From contig DASYCJ010000021.1 of the NCBI GenBank assembly GCA_036500225.1, forward strand, positions 7,635 through 71,634: a DNA stretch of 64,000 nucleotides, written 5' to 3'. A model generated the notes under the pieces. That model was not told the origin of the DNA and did no database searches. It saw only the letters and a program-made list of their open reading frames with translations. This document shows, piece by piece, positions 21,086 to 31,034 of this stretch (positions within the stretch are counted from its first letter, which is position 1; each line of letters begins with the position of its first letter). The DNA is from Gammaproteobacteria bacterium (lineage in GTDB: Bacteria; Pseudomonadota; Gammaproteobacteria; Natronospirales; REEB76). The translations under genes and the position numbers were made by a program.

Positions 21086-21604
21086 ATGAAGACCTTGCGT
21101 ATTGCCCTGACTATCGCGGTGCTGGCGGTGTTCACCGTCGCCTGCTCCAAGAACGTGAAGCCGACCACGGCGGCCCCGGCTGCCGCGGCTCCCGCCACGG
21201 TGGCTCCGGCTGCTCCGGCCACCACGCCCGCCGCGCCCGCGGTGAGCCCGCTGGACGACCCGAACAGCCCGCTGGCCCAGCGCGTCGTGTATTTCGACTT
21301 TGACAAGAGCGACATCAAGCCGGAGTTCCTGGACACGCTGACCGCGCATGCCAAGTACCTGATCGCCAACCCTACCCAGAAGATCCGCATCGAGGGTTAC
21401 ACCGACGAGCGCGGCACCGTGGAGTACAACATCGCCTTGGGTGACCGCCGTGCCCAGGCTGTGCGTCGCTTCATGCTGTTCCAGGGCGTGAACGCCGACC
21501 AGATCACCACCGTCAGCTACGGTGAGGCGCATCCCGCCGACGCCGGCCATGAAGAAACGTCGTGGGCCAAGAACCGCCGCTCGGTAATCGTGTACCTGAA
21601 ATGA
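21086..21604 (+). CDS. pal: peptidoglycan-associated lipoprotein Pal
   Basis: Lipobox FTVAC, an Ala/Pro linker and an OmpA-like C-terminus (YFDFDKSDIKPE, GYTDERGT, NRRSVI). AAGGAG lies upstream of ATG 21086. Confidence 0.93.
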   Translation: MKTLRIALTIAVLAVFTVACSKNVKPTTAAPAAAAPATVAPAAPATTPAAPAVSPLDDPNSPLAQRVVYFDFDKSDIKPEFLDTLTAHAKYLIANPTQKIRIEGYTDERGTVEYNIALGDRRAQAVRRFMLFQGVNADQITTVSYGEAHPADAGHEETSWAKNRRSVIVYLK

Positions 21605-22380
21605 TCCAGTCGCGGAGCCTCCTCTGCGTCGCCGGACTTGGCATCCTGCTTGCAGGATGCCAAGTCCGTGACGATGATCCCTACGCAGTGCAGCAGCGCG
21701 AGCTCGCAGCGCGCGTCGACCGCCTCGACCAGCTCTTCAAGAACCAGAGCCTCGAGGGCCTCTCCCAGCGCATCGACACGATGCAGGAGCAGGTGAAGGA
21801 TCTGCAGGGTGAAGTCGAAGTGCTGGAACACGATGACGACCTGAACAAGAAGCAGCAGCGCGACCTGTACCAGGACTTGGATAAGCGCCTGCAGAAGCTC
21901 GAGGCGGGTCTGAGTGCCGCCCAACAACCAGCCCCGCCGGCAGTGACCATGGAACCGCCGCCGGCCAGCACCGCCGCGGCGACTCCTGGTGGTGGGCTGG
22001 ACGATGCCGCCTACCAGAAGGACTTCAACCTGCTGAAGCAGGGGCGTTTCGTCGAGGCCATCAAGGGCTTTAAGTCCTTCCAGAAGCGCTACCCGGATAG
22101 TGCGTTGCAGCCGAATGCCGCGTTCTGGACTGGCGAGGCCTATTACCAGAACGGCGACTTCGAGACTGCACTCAGCACCTTCAAGAAGGTGATCAAGGAT
22201 TATCCGAAGTCCAATAAAGTGGCAGATGCTACCCTCAAGGTGGGTTACTGCCAGTACGAACTGCAGCAGTGGAGCGCCGCCAAACAAACCCTAAACTCCG
22301 TGGTGAAGGACTTCGCCGGCAGCAGTGCCGCGGGTCTCGCCACCCAGCGCTTGCAGCGCATGCAGGACGAGGGGCACTGA
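21601..22380 (+). CDS. cpoB: cell division coordinator CpoB (YbgF)
   Basis: Signal/lipobox LLAGC, a coiled coil and C-terminal TPR-like repeats (FWTGEAYYQNGDFETALSTF, KVGYCQYEL). ATGA overlap with pal. Confidence 0.88.
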   Translation: MIQSRSLLCVAGLGILLAGCQVRDDDPYAVQQRELAARVDRLDQLFKNQSLEGLSQRIDTMQEQVKDLQGEVEVLEHDDDLNKKQQRDLYQDLDKRLQKLEAGLSAAQQPAPPAVTMEPPPASTAAATPGGGLDDAAYQKDFNLLKQGRFVEAIKGFKSFQKRYPDSALQPNAAFWTGEAYYQNGDFETALSTFKKVIKDYPKSNKVADATLKVGYCQYELQQWSAAKQTLNSVVKDFAGSSAAGLATQRLQRMQDEGH

Positions 22381-22384
22381 GACG

Positions 22385-23080
22385 GTGAACGCGGTACGGC
22401 AACCCGGCCGCGGCGCGCGGCGGGATGACCTGCCGGCCGCGGAGCGTCTCAGGATCACCGAGATATTCCATTCGATACAAGGCGAAGCGGACAGCGTCGG
22501 CTGGCCTACCGTGTTCGTGCGCCTGACGGGTTGCCCGCTGCGCTGCGGCTACTGCGACACCGCCTATGCCTTCCATGGTGGTGAATGGTGGAGCTTCGAC
22601 GAGGTGCTGGCGGAAGTGGCGGGCCACCTGCCGCGCTACGTCACGGTCACCGGCGGCGAGCCCCTGGCCCAGAAGAACTGTCTGCCTCTACTTAACCGCC
22701 TCTGCGATGCGGGCTACACCGTGTCCATCGAGACCAGCGGTGCTCTGCCCATCGCGCCCCTGGACCCCCGGGTGATCCGCGTCATGGACCTCAAGACTCC
22801 CGCTTCCGGCGAGATGGAAAAAAATCTCATGGAGAACATCCCGGCCCTGCGAACCAAGGACCAGGCGAAGTTCGTCATCTGCGACCGGACCGACTATGAG
22901 TGGTCCAAGGCGCAGGTGGCCGAGCACCAGCTCACAGAACGCTGCCAGGTCTTGTTTTCACCTAGCCATGAGCAGGTGAGTCCGAGGGAATTGGCGGAGT
23001 GGATCCTCGCCGATCGCTTGCCTGTACGGCTTCAGGTCCAACTTCATAAATATCTTTGGGGCAACGTACCGGGTCATTGA
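22385..23080 (+). CDS. queE: 7-carboxy-7-deazaguanine synthase
   Basis: EIFHSIQGE and the radical-SAM cluster CPLRCGYCDT. Start assumed at in-frame GTG 22385, just after the cpoB stop. The track ORF starts at 22325. Confidence 0.85.
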   Translation: MNAVRQPGRGARRDDLPAAERLRITEIFHSIQGEADSVGWPTVFVRLTGCPLRCGYCDTAYAFHGGEWWSFDEVLAEVAGHLPRYVTVTGGEPLAQKNCLPLLNRLCDAGYTVSIETSGALPIAPLDPRVIRVMDLKTPASGEMEKNLMENIPALRTKDQAKFVICDRTDYEWSKAQVAEHQLTERCQVLFSPSHEQVSPRELAEWILADRLPVRLQVQLHKYLWGNVPGH

Positions 23081-23092
23081 CCGGTCTCGCAC

Positions 23093-23761
23093 ATGAAGAC
23101 AGCAGTCATCTTGCTCTCCGGCGGACTCGATTCCGCCACCACCCTCGCGATCGCGCGTCGTGACGGTTATGCCTGCCATGCGCTCAGTTTCGCTTACGGC
23201 CAGCGGCATCGCGCAGAGCTGGATGCGGCGACCCGGGTGGCGAGGGCTCAGGGCATCACCGATCACAAGACCGTGAACCTGGATCTCTCCGCCATCGGCG
23301 GGTCGGCCCTCACGGACGCTTCCATCCCGGTGCCGGACCATCCCACGGAAGGCATCCCCAGCACCTATGTGCCGGCTCGCAATACCGTGTTCCTGGCGGT
23401 GGCGATGGGTTGGGCGGAAGTGCTCGAGGCGGCGGACATCTTCATCGGCGTGAACGCCGTAGACTATTCCGGCTATCCAGATTGCAGGCCCGAGTTCATC
23501 GAAGCCTTCCAGACGGTCGCCACCCTTGGCACCAAGGCCGGAGTGGAAGGGCAGGGCATACGTATCCACGCGCCTCTGATGAAGCTCAGCAAGGCCGAGA
23601 TCGTGAGGCTCGGCACCGGGCTCGGCGTGGACTATGGGCTCACGGTGTCCTGCTATACGGCGGATGCTCAGGGTCGCGCCTGTGGGGTCTGCGATAGCTG
23701 CCGGCTGCGGCGGAATGGATTCGCCGAGGCGGGCTTAGCTGACCCCACCACGTATCGTTGA
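23093..23761 (+). CDS. queC: 7-cyano-7-deazaguanine synthase
   Basis: PP-loop [12 protein letters not shown] and C-terminal Zn cysteines CYTAD..CGVCDSC. Confidence 0.93.
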   Translation: MKTAVILLSGGLDSATTLAIARRDGYACHALSFAYGQRHRAELDAATRVARAQGITDHKTVNLDLSAIGGSALTDASIPVPDHPTEGIPSTYVPARNTVFLAVAMGWAEVLEAADIFIGVNAVDYSGYPDCRPEFIEAFQTVATLGTKAGVEGQGIRIHAPLMKLSKAEIVRLGTGLGVDYGLTVSCYTADAQGRACGVCDSCRLRRNGFAEAGLADPTTYR

Positions 23762-23838
23762 ATCTTCAAACCGCTCATTTGCAGCGGATTTCCAGTAAAA
23801 TGGCGCGCTTTTTGACGGTTACGTCATCCGTAGAATTC

Positions 23839-23914
23839 GGGTCGTTAGCTCAGTCGGTAGAGCAGCTGGCTTTTAACCAGTTGGTCGACAGTTCGAATCT
23901 GTCACGACCCACCA
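23839..23914 (+). tRNA. tRNA-Lys (anticodon UUU)
   Basis: 76-nt cloverleaf folded by hand: acceptor gggtcgt/acgaccc, anticodon stem gctgg/ccagt with loop cttttaa, T-arm gacag-ttcgaat-ctgtc, and an encoded CCA. Confidence 0.93.
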
Positions 23915-24009
23915 TCTACGGCTAAAATATGCGTCTTTTCTGAGGTTTACCCCCTCCCAGGGGTATGGGCGGTGGGCCTCCGGACTTAAACCATGAAGAG
24001 GTCTGCCCC

Positions 24010-25029
24010 ATGAACCTGCAGGAACTGTCCAACATCGCCCACAAGCTGGTGGCCGGCAACCGCGGCATCCTCGCCGCCGACGAGAGCACCAGCACCATCG
24101 AGAAGCGCTTCAAATCCATCGGTGTCGAGAACACCGAGGAGCACCGCCGCGCCTACCGGGACATGCTGTTCAGCACCCCAGGGGCAGCCAAGTTCATCAG
24201 TGGCGTGATCATGTATGACGAGACCATCCGCCAGAAGAGCAAGGATGGCACCCCCTTCGCCGATCAGCAGACCAAGCACGACGTGGTCCCCGGCATCAAG
24301 GTGGACAAGGGCGTGAAGGAACTCCCGGGCAGCCCCCAGGAGAAGATCACCGAGGGCCTGGACGGCCTGCGTGAGCGCCTGCAGGAGTACCACAAGCTCG
24401 GTGCCCGCTTCGCCAAGTGGCGCGCGGTCATCGACATCGGCGCCGGCATCCCCACCGCTTACTGCATCCGGGCCAACGCCCAGGCCCTGGCCCGTTACGC
24501 GGCCCTTTGCCAGGTGGAGGGCATCGTGCCCATCGTCGAGCCGGAAGTGCTGATGGATGGCGCCCACGACATCGGCCGTTGCTTCGCCGTTACCTCCGAG
24601 ACCCTCAAGGTAGTGTTCGAGGAGCTGGCCAACCATCGAGTGGCCCTGGAAGGCATGCTGCTCAAGCCCAACATGGTGATCTCCGGCATGAAGAGCCCGA
24701 AGCAGGCCTCCGTGGAGGAGGTGGCCCGTGAGACCGTGATGGTGCTGAGGCGGCATGTGCCGGCCGCGGTGCCGGGCATCGTGTTCCTGTCCGGCGGCCA
24801 GAGCGACATAGTGGCCACCGAGCACCTGAATGCCATGAACGCCCTGGGGCCCATGCCATGGAAGCTCAGTTTCTCCTACGGCCGTGCCCTGCAGGCCGCG
24901 GCACTAAGCGCCTGGGGTGGCAAGGAAGCGAACGTGGCGGCGGGGCAGAAGGCCTTCTATCACCGTTCCCAGTGCAATAGCGCCGCCTGCGCGGCGATCT
25001 ATAACGCCCAGATGGAGAAGGCTGCCTAA
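24010..25029 (+). CDS. fba: fructose-bisphosphate aldolase, class I (Schiff-base type)
   Basis: GILAADES near the N-terminus, LLKPNMV and FLSGGQS. Start trimmed to ATG 24010. Confidence 0.9.
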   Translation: MNLQELSNIAHKLVAGNRGILAADESTSTIEKRFKSIGVENTEEHRRAYRDMLFSTPGAAKFISGVIMYDETIRQKSKDGTPFADQQTKHDVVPGIKVDKGVKELPGSPQEKITEGLDGLRERLQEYHKLGARFAKWRAVIDIGAGIPTAYCIRANAQALARYAALCQVEGIVPIVEPEVLMDGAHDIGRCFAVTSETLKVVFEELANHRVALEGMLLKPNMVISGMKSPKQASVEEVARETVMVLRRHVPAAVPGIVFLSGGQSDIVATEHLNAMNALGPMPWKLSFSYGRALQAAALSAWGGKEANVAAGQKAFYHRSQCNSAACAAIYNAQMEKAA

Positions 25030-25061
25030 GGGCCTACAGGACGTTTTAAGCGATCGACCAA

Positions 25062-25092
25062 CCCAGCCGCCGGCCATCCGCTGGCGGCTGGG
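25062..25092 (+). terminator. hairpin downstream of fba
   Basis: cccagccgcc / ggcggctggg form a 10-bp stem with an 11-nt loop. There is no clear T-run, so termination is uncertain. Confidence 0.4.
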
Positions 25093-25132
25093 CCATTACA
25101 GGGCCCAGGGGAATATGGACGTCAGTACACAT

Positions 25133-25162
25133 TTGACGGGCCAGCCCGAAACAAACTAGACT
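25133..25162 (+). promoter_or_regulatory. candidate sigma70 promoter for mlaFEDCB
   Basis: TTGACG, an 18-nt spacer, then TAGACT, about 70 nt upstream of the mlaF ATG. Confidence 0.35.
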
Positions 25163-25231
25163 AGACCGTCCAGTCCAAACTGGCATCGCCACCCCAGGGG
25201 GCGAGAACAACAAGGATGCTGGCAGGCAGCC

Positions 25232-26050
25232 ATGGCAAGCCATAGCGATAAGCACATCATCGAGATCGGCGGCCTCAAGTATCGGCGGGGCGAGAAGCTG
25301 ATCTTCGACCATCTAGACCTCTCCATCGAGCGCGGCAAGGTCACGGCCATCATGGGCCCCTCGGGCACCGGCAAGACCACCCTGTTGCACATCATGACCG
25401 GCCAGGTACTGCCTGATAAGGGCAAGGTGCTGGTGGATGGCAAGAACGTGCCTACCCTGTCCAACGACGAGCTCTTCGAGCTGCGCAAGGAGATGGGTTT
25501 CCTGTTCCAGAACGGCGCGCTGTTCACCGACTACAGCGTCTACGAGAACGTGGTGTTCTCCCTGCGCGAGCACACCAACCTGCCCGAGAGCCTGATCCGC
25601 CATATCGGCCTCATGAAGCTGCAGGCGGTGGGCTTGCGCGGCGCCTCGGAACTGATGCCGACGGAGCTGTCCGGCGGCATGGCGCGGCGCGTGGCCTTGG
25701 CCCGCACCATCGCCCTCGACCCCAAGATCATCTTCTACGACGAACCCTTCACCGGGCTCGACCCCATCTCCATGGGCGTGATCGTGCGCCTGATCCGCGA
25801 ACTCAACGACAGCCTGGGGCTCACCAGCGTCATCGTCTCCCACGACGTGGAAGAGGTGTCCTCCGTGTCCGACCACAGCTATCTCATCTCCGAGGGCAAG
25901 GTGGTCGCCTATGGCACGCCCAAGGAGTTGGAACAGAACAAGTCCGCCTGGGTGCGGCAGTTCATGAAGGGTCTGGCGGATGGGCCGGTGCCCTTCCACT
26001 ATCCGGCGCCGGATCTCGCCACTCAGATGTTCGGGGATGAAGGCGAATGA
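25232..26050 (+). CDS. mlaF: phospholipid ABC transporter ATP-binding protein MlaF
   Basis: Walker A GPSGTGKTT, signature LSGGMARRVALAR and Walker B IIFYDEP. Confidence 0.92.
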   Translation: MASHSDKHIIEIGGLKYRRGEKLIFDHLDLSIERGKVTAIMGPSGTGKTTLLHIMTGQVLPDKGKVLVDGKNVPTLSNDELFELRKEMGFLFQNGALFTDYSVYENVVFSLREHTNLPESLIRHIGLMKLQAVGLRGASELMPTELSGGMARRVALARTIALDPKIIFYDEPFTGLDPISMGVIVRLIRELNDSLGLTSVIVSHDVEEVSSVSDHSYLISEGKVVAYGTPKELEQNKSAWVRQFMKGLADGPVPFHYPAPDLATQMFGDEGE

Positions 26051-26817
26051 GACTGCTGCGCGAAGCCTGGTACATCCTGCTCGGGTTCCTGGAAATGATG
26101 GGCGCCTGCGGCCTGTTCCTGGTGCGGCTGATCCGTTACACGCCCCATGCCCTGCGCCGCCCGACCCTGATCTTCCAGCAGATCTTCAACATCGGCGCCA
26201 TGTCCCTGGTGCTGATCATGGTGTCTGGCCTGTTCGTCGGCATGGTGCTCGGCCTGCAGGGCTTCAACACCCTGAACAAGTTCGCCGCCACCAGCGCCCT
26301 CGGCACCCTAGTGGCCTTGAGCCTGCTGCGTGAACTGGGTCCAGTCATGACTGCGCTCCTATATGCGGGCCGTGCCGGTACCGCGCTTACATCCGAGATC
26401 GGCCTGATGCGCGCCACCGAACAGCTGGCGGGCATGGAGATGATGGCGGTGGACCCAGTACGCCGCATCGTGGTGCCGCGCTTCCTGGCGGGCGTGATCT
26501 CCATGCCGTTGCTGGTGGGCATCTTCAACGCCGTGGGCATCCTCGGCGGCTACTGGCTCGGCGTCATCCACATGCACGTGGACCAGGGCTCCTTCTGGTC
26601 CGACATCCACACCCGGGTGGACCTGCGTGACGACTTCTTCAGTGGTGTGGCCAAGAGCTTTGTGTTCGGCGTGGCTGCCACGCTCATCGCGGTGTTCGAG
26701 GGCTACTACGCGCAGCCCACCGCCGAAGGCGTGAGCCGCGCCACCACCCGCACCGTGGTCAACAGCGCCGTCGCGGTGCTGGCACTCGATTTCCTACTCA
26801 CTGCCTTGATGTTCTAA
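26047..26817 (+). CDS. mlaE: phospholipid ABC transporter permease MlaE
   Basis: Multi-TM MlaE-type permease with ELGPVMTALLYAGRAGTALTSEIG. ATGA overlap with mlaF. Confidence 0.92.
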   Translation: MRLLREAWYILLGFLEMMGACGLFLVRLIRYTPHALRRPTLIFQQIFNIGAMSLVLIMVSGLFVGMVLGLQGFNTLNKFAATSALGTLVALSLLRELGPVMTALLYAGRAGTALTSEIGLMRATEQLAGMEMMAVDPVRRIVVPRFLAGVISMPLLVGIFNAVGILGGYWLGVIHMHVDQGSFWSDIHTRVDLRDDFFSGVAKSFVFGVAATLIAVFEGYYAQPTAEGVSRATTRTVVNSAVAVLALDFLLTALMF

Positions 26818-26828
26818 GGGGCATCATC

Positions 26829-27299
26829 ATGAAACAGACCCGTACCATCGAGATCGTCACCGGCGCCTTCATCGTGCTGGGCTTCGTGGCGCTCTACATC
26901 GTCGCCACCAGCGCCACCAACATTGGCGCCTATGGCGAGAACAAGGGCTACACGGTGAGCGCCGAGTTCAACAACATCGGCGGCCTGAAGCCGCGCGCCG
27001 CGGTCACCATGGCCGGCGTCGCCATCGGCCGGGTCACGGACATCCGGCTCGATCCCAAGAGTTTCAACGCCCTGGTCAGCATCCAGATCGACGGCCGCTT
27101 CAACCAGATCCCGGACGATTCCACCGCCAGCATCCTGACTTCAGGATTGCTGGGTGAGAACTACATCGGCATCGACGCCGGCGGTTCCGACAAGTTCCTC
27201 AAGCAGGGCAGCGGCATCCAGTACACCCAGTCGGCGCTGGTGCTCGAGAAGCTCATCGGTCAATTCTTTTCCAAAGCCGCCGAACCCGGTAGCAAGTGA
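26829..27299 (+). CDS. mlaD: MCE-domain protein MlaD
   Basis: N-terminal TM, then the MCE core YTVSAEFNNIGGLKPRAAVTMAGVAIGRV. Confidence 0.9.
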   Translation: MKQTRTIEIVTGAFIVLGFVALYIVATSATNIGAYGENKGYTVSAEFNNIGGLKPRAAVTMAGVAIGRVTDIRLDPKSFNALVSIQIDGRFNQIPDDSTASILTSGLLGENYIGIDAGGSDKFLKQGSGIQYTQSALVLEKLIGQFFSKAAEPGSK

Positions 27300-27310
27300 A
27301 GGTAAGCAAC

Positions 27311-27961
27311 ATGCGCAGTAAATTCCTGATCGGTCTGGTCCTGTCCTTCCTCAGCCTCTCCGCCCTGGCGGACGCCGTTGCACCCGCTCCTGCCACGCCG
27401 CCTGATCAGGTGATCCAGCAGACCGTGAAGGAGGTGTTCGACACGATCAACTCCAAGAAAGCCGAGTTGCAGAAGGATCCCAGCCAGCTGTACGGCGTGG
27501 TGAGCAAGATCCTCCTACCGCACTTCGATTTCACGCTGTCCTCGCAGCTGGTGCTCGGGCCAGCCTGGCGCAGCGCCACGGAAGAGCAGCGCAAGGCCTT
27601 CCAGGATGCGTTCTTCAACTACCTGACCCACAGCTATGCCGATGCCCTGGTGAAGGGCAACTATTCGGAACGCAACGTGAAGGTCGAGCCCTATCGCCCC
27701 AGCAGCGAACCGAGCCGCGCCACGGTCAGGACCCAGGTGTTGCTGAGCGGCAGCCAGCCGGTGGAAGTGGACTACGTGTTACGTAACGAATCCGGCCAGT
27801 GGAAAGCTTTCGACGTGGTGATCGAGGGCATCTCCTACGTGCACAGCTATCACGACCAGTTCGCTCCGGAGGTCCAGCAGAAGGGCCTGGATGAACTCAT
27901 CAAGCGCCTCAACACCAGCAAGGCTCCCAACGCCGTGCCGGCGCCGGCCACCAGGGGCTGA
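27311..27961 (+). CDS. mlaC: periplasmic phospholipid-binding protein MlaC
   Basis: Signal peptide MRSKFLIGLVLSFLSLSALA and position after mlaD. An alternative GTG start at 27296 overlaps the mlaD stop. Confidence 0.85.
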   Translation: MRSKFLIGLVLSFLSLSALADAVAPAPATPPDQVIQQTVKEVFDTINSKKAELQKDPSQLYGVVSKILLPHFDFTLSSQLVLGPAWRSATEEQRKAFQDAFFNYLTHSYADALVKGNYSERNVKVEPYRPSSEPSRATVRTQVLLSGSQPVEVDYVLRNESGQWKAFDVVIEGISYVHSYHDQFAPEVQQKGLDELIKRLNTSKAPNAVPAPATRG

Positions 27962-27962
27962 C

Positions 27963-28274
27963 ATGGCGAGCGTCGCACCAGCCGTGAACTTCGAGGACCT
28001 GGGGCAGGGCCGCTTCCGCGTGGCTGGGTGCCTGAGCTTCGATACCGCGGCCCACGCGCTCACCCAGAGCCGCGCGTTGTTCGCGGCCCACAAGAAGATC
28101 CAGCTCGACCTGTCAGGCGTGGAAGGCACCGACAGCGCGGGCCTGGCCCTGCTGGTGGAATGGGCCGGCTGGGCGCGCCGCCAGAAGCGCAAGCTCGGGT
28201 TCAAGAACGTCCCCAAGCAGGTGCTGGCCCTGGCCAAGATCAGCGAAGTGGACAAGATCCTGTCGTTGAGTTGA
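27963..28274 (+). CDS. mlaB: STAS-domain protein MlaB
   Basis: About 100-aa STAS-like protein (LDLSGVEGTDSAGLALLVEW), last gene of the mla operon. Start trimmed to ATG 27963. Confidence 0.8.
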   Translation: MASVAPAVNFEDLGQGRFRVAGCLSFDTAAHALTQSRALFAAHKKIQLDLSGVEGTDSAGLALLVEWAGWARRQKRKLGFKNVPKQVLALAKISEVDKILSLS

Positions 28275-28295
28275 AGCAACTGATTCCTGTAGAAC

Positions 28296-28327
28296 GAAAA
28301 AGGCAGGCTCTTCGGCCTGCTTTTTTC
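28296..28327. terminator. bidirectional rho-independent terminator between mlaB and mlaA
   Basis: aaaaaggcaggc-tcttcg-gcctgctttttt, a GC stem flanked by an A-run and a T-run. Confidence 0.65.
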
Positions 28328-28345
28328 ATTTGGGTTCGTCGCTGA

Positions 28346-29218
28346 TCAGCGCGGGATTGTCACACCGGTGCTCGCGGCAGGTGCGGCCGACTTGCTGCCG
28401 GCCGCCGGAGCGGACTGGGTCCCACCTGCGGGGGCTGGCGTCGCCGCGGCCGGAGGTGCGGCAGTGCTGTCTTCGGGCGGCAGGTCATAGTCCGAGTCGG
28501 ATGTGGGTGGGTTACCGTCATAGATCTTGTAGCGCCGGAGCTGGATATAGCTATCGCGCATGAAGGTATAGGGGTCGTAGGCGCTGTCGAGGGTATCGTT
28601 CAGCGGTAACAAGCCCACGCGGGTGTCGAGCGCATCCACCACGTACTCGGCGTTACGCCAGCGGGGCGGCAGCGCATCCCGGGGCGGATTGGCATAGATA
28701 TCGCCGACCCGGCCGCCGGCGTCACGCACCGTACTGGGGCCGAAGAACGGCAGCACCACATAGGGGCCCGAAGACACACCCCAGACCGCCAGGGTCTGGC
28801 CCAGGTCCTCGTCGTGATGGGGCAGGCCCACGTGGCTCGCTACGTCGAACCAGCCCAGGATACCGATGGTGCTGTTGACCACGAAGCGGCCTAAGTCCTG
28901 CAGGGTCTGTTTCATCTTGCCCTGCAAGGCGTCGTTGACCACCGTGATCGGTTCATCGAGGTTGGTGACCACGTTGTGGATGCCGCTGCGGGCAGGCCCC
29001 GGCATGGCGCGCACGTAGGTGTGGGCCACCGGCCGCGCCACATCCTTGTCCAGGGCGTCGTTGAAGGCGTAGATCTTGCGGTTGAAACCTTCCCAGGGGT
29101 CCTGGGTCTGGGCCACTCGCTCAGGCGGTCCGCCGGCGCAGGCCGTGAGCAGGATGCAGACGAGGCCTAAGGCGAAGCAGAGAGATGACCGAGATGGGCT
29201 GAACGCCGGTCCGGGCAT
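28346..29218 (-). CDS. mlaA: MlaA/VacJ family outer-membrane lipoprotein
   Basis: Lipobox LLTACAG and VacJ signature DPWEGFNRKIYAFNDALD. Pro/Ala-rich C-terminal tail. Confidence 0.9.
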   Translation of the reverse strand: MPGPAFSPSRSSLCFALGLVCILLTACAGGPPERVAQTQDPWEGFNRKIYAFNDALDKDVARPVAHTYVRAMPGPARSGIHNVVTNLDEPITVVNDALQGKMKQTLQDLGRFVVNSTIGILGWFDVASHVGLPHHDEDLGQTLAVWGVSSGPYVVLPFFGPSTVRDAGGRVGDIYANPPRDALPPRWRNAEYVVDALDTRVGLLPLNDTLDSAYDPYTFMRDSYIQLRRYKIYDGNPPTSDSDYDLPPEDSTAAPPAAATPAPAGGTQSAPAAGSKSAAPAASTGVTIPR

Positions 29219-29293
29219 GGAAGTTCCTCGAAGAGACGTGCAATCGTAGCAGGTTGGGGCGTGAGCGCCCAGCTTGGCGCCGGTCGAAGACGA

Positions 29294-30859
29294 TCAGTAG
29301 GGATTGCCGTCCCGGTCCTTGGCCGCTTCACGCGCGTCATCTTCCACCCGGTGCAGGCGAGCCCGATAGCGCTGCTTCTGCACGCTGTCGATGCCGGGGG
29401 TGGCGAGGGCGATCTTCAACTGGTCCACGGCTGCCGCTGGCAGACCGTTCTGCAGGTAGTACTCGGACATGTAGTAATGGGAATCGGCGCTGTTGCCGTT
29501 CTTGTCATAAGCCTTGGCCAGGAGATGCACCGCTTCCGGCCCGTTGCCGGAATCCAGGCTCAGGGGCAGGAGCAAGGAGATGGCGCTCCTGGGCCTGCCC
29601 GAGTCGATGAGGTCGTTGGCATAACTCAGCACCAGGGGCGCGCTGTCAGGGAAGAGCTTCAGGGCGTCCGCATAGGTGGCGATACCCGCCTGCACTTGGC
29701 CGGCGTGGATCTCCGCATCCGCGAGGCCGATGCGGAAAGCGATCACGTCATCGTTTTGCTGCGCCAGCTCGCGCATACCCTTCACCGCGTCGGCATTGCG
29801 TCCCGCCTTCTGATAGACCAGGGCCTGTCCGTAACGTGCCGCCACCTGATCCCAGCCAGTACTGGTGTCCACCAAGCCCTGGAAGTCGGCCAGCTGCTGG
29901 TTGGCACCATCGTTATTCTGCATGGCGAGCAGGCGCATCTTCATCAAGGCGTAGCTGCGGCTGTCGGTGCGCGGCGCTACGTGCATCTGGTCGGCGCGGT
30001 TCTGCGCCTCAGTCATGCGGTTCAGGTCTAGCGGGTGATCCAACAGGAACTCCGGGATCTTGTCATAACCGTTCAGCGAGGAACTCTTCTGCATCTCGGC
30101 GAAGAAATCCACCATGCCTTGGGGCTGGAAGCCGGCCCGTGCCATGGTGGCGATGCCTACCCGGTCCGCTTCCTCTTCGTCACCGCGGGTGTAGTTGATC
30201 TGGTGCTGGATGATGGAGGCCTGGGCGCCGGCCAAGGCACCCACCGCCACATCCGGGTCGCTGGCGCGGGAGGCCGCCACCACCGCTGCCAACAGGGTGG
30301 CTAGGTTCATGAAGGCGTGGTCTTTCTGGTCTTCCAGCTGCCGCGCCAGGTGGCGCTGGGTGACGTGGCCGGTCTCATGGGCCAGCACGCCCGCCAGTTC
30401 ATCCTCGCTCTTGGTGAGCAGGATCAGGCCGCTGTTCACCACGATGAAGCCACCGGGCAGGGTGGTGGCGTTGATGTCGTCGTCATCGATGACGTAGTAG
30501 GCGAAGTGGAGGGTCGGGTTGTCGCTGTGGGAAGAGAGCTGGTGCCCCAGGTCCTGTATGTACTGCTGCAATTGCGGGTCGTCGAGGATCGCGCCCGATT
30601 CGCGCAGTTCGTCTATCACCTGCAGGCCGATCACATACTCCTGCTGCGGGCTGATGACCTCGGCACCGGCCTCGCCGATTTGTGGCAGGTTGAAGTCACT
30701 GATCGAAGTGTTGGGGCCATAATCGTTGCGGACACTGCTCTGGATGGAGGACTTCGTGGCGGCGGGCGCAGGGCTGGTGGGCTCAGCCGCGAGTGCCGTG
30801 CCGGCCACCGTCAGCGCAGTTGCCACACAGAGCAGGTGTTTGGTCAGGGTTCGGGTCAA
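29294..30859 (-). CDS. bepA: periplasmic M48 metalloprotease with TPR domain (BepA/YfgC-like)
   Basis: Signal peptide, zinc motif HETGHVTQRH (HExxH) and a TPR-like C-terminal half. Confidence 0.8.
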   Translation of the reverse strand: MTRTLTKHLLCVATALTVAGTALAAEPTSPAPAATKSSIQSSVRNDYGPNTSISDFNLPQIGEAGAEVISPQQEYVIGLQVIDELRESGAILDDPQLQQYIQDLGHQLSSHSDNPTLHFAYYVIDDDDINATTLPGGFIVVNSGLILLTKSEDELAGVLAHETGHVTQRHLARQLEDQKDHAFMNLATLLAAVVAASRASDPDVAVGALAGAQASIIQHQINYTRGDEEEADRVGIATMARAGFQPQGMVDFFAEMQKSSSLNGYDKIPEFLLDHPLDLNRMTEAQNRADQMHVAPRTDSRSYALMKMRLLAMQNNDGANQQLADFQGLVDTSTGWDQVAARYGQALVYQKAGRNADAVKGMRELAQQNDDVIAFRIGLADAEIHAGQVQAGIATYADALKLFPDSAPLVLSYANDLIDSGRPRSAISLLLPLSLDSGNGPEAVHLLAKAYDKNGNSADSHYYMSEYYLQNGLPAAAVDQLKIALATPGIDSVQKQRYRARLHRVEDDAREAAKDRDGNPY

Positions 30860-30980
30860 AGCGAGCCGCCGCGGCAGGGAGAGTCCAGATGGCTAGATTA
30901 TCGCATGCGCACCAGAGGATGGCTCCAAAGAAAGACCCCGGGCGAGCCGCAATGCCGCGAGCGCCTCGCCAGGGATGGCC

Positions 30981-31012
30981 AAATAAAAAGCCCCCGGTTC
31001 ACGGGGGCTTTT
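30981..31012 (-). terminator. rho-independent terminator of the FadL-family gene
   Basis: On the minus strand, aaaagcccccg-tgaac-cgggggctttttattt: a GC stem followed by a T-run, 20 nt after the stop. Confidence 0.7.
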
Positions 31013-31034
31013 CAGTCGTTGAGACTAGTTCAGC

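Noticed and set aside
21161-21255. Ala/Pro-rich repetitive DNA in pal, and similar tracts in sucB (~6085-6200), the BamC-like gene, mlaA and the 44783 ORF, as possible tandem repeats or contingency loci
   Set aside because: They are imperfect, in-frame, and encode the flexible Ala/Pro linkers expected in these protein families. No exact unit is repeated.
22381-23092. preQ1 riboswitch in front of queE or queC
   Set aside because: queE follows cpoB by about 5 nt and queC follows queE by 12 nt, which leaves no leader long enough for a riboswitch.
23839-24009. tRNA-Lys as a genomic-island insertion site
   Set aside because: There is no integrase and no repeat of the tRNA 3' end downstream. The next gene (fba) is housekeeping, and queC-tRNA-Lys adjacency is the normal Pseudomonas-like arrangement.
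25157-25164. Shared octamer tagactag upstream of mlaF (25157) and upstream of orn (43217), as a possible common operator
   Set aside because: My rough composition-based estimate is about one chance occurrence of this 8-mer in 128 kb of two-strand sequence, so two copies are not significant. Both are adequately explained as TAGACT -10-like elements.
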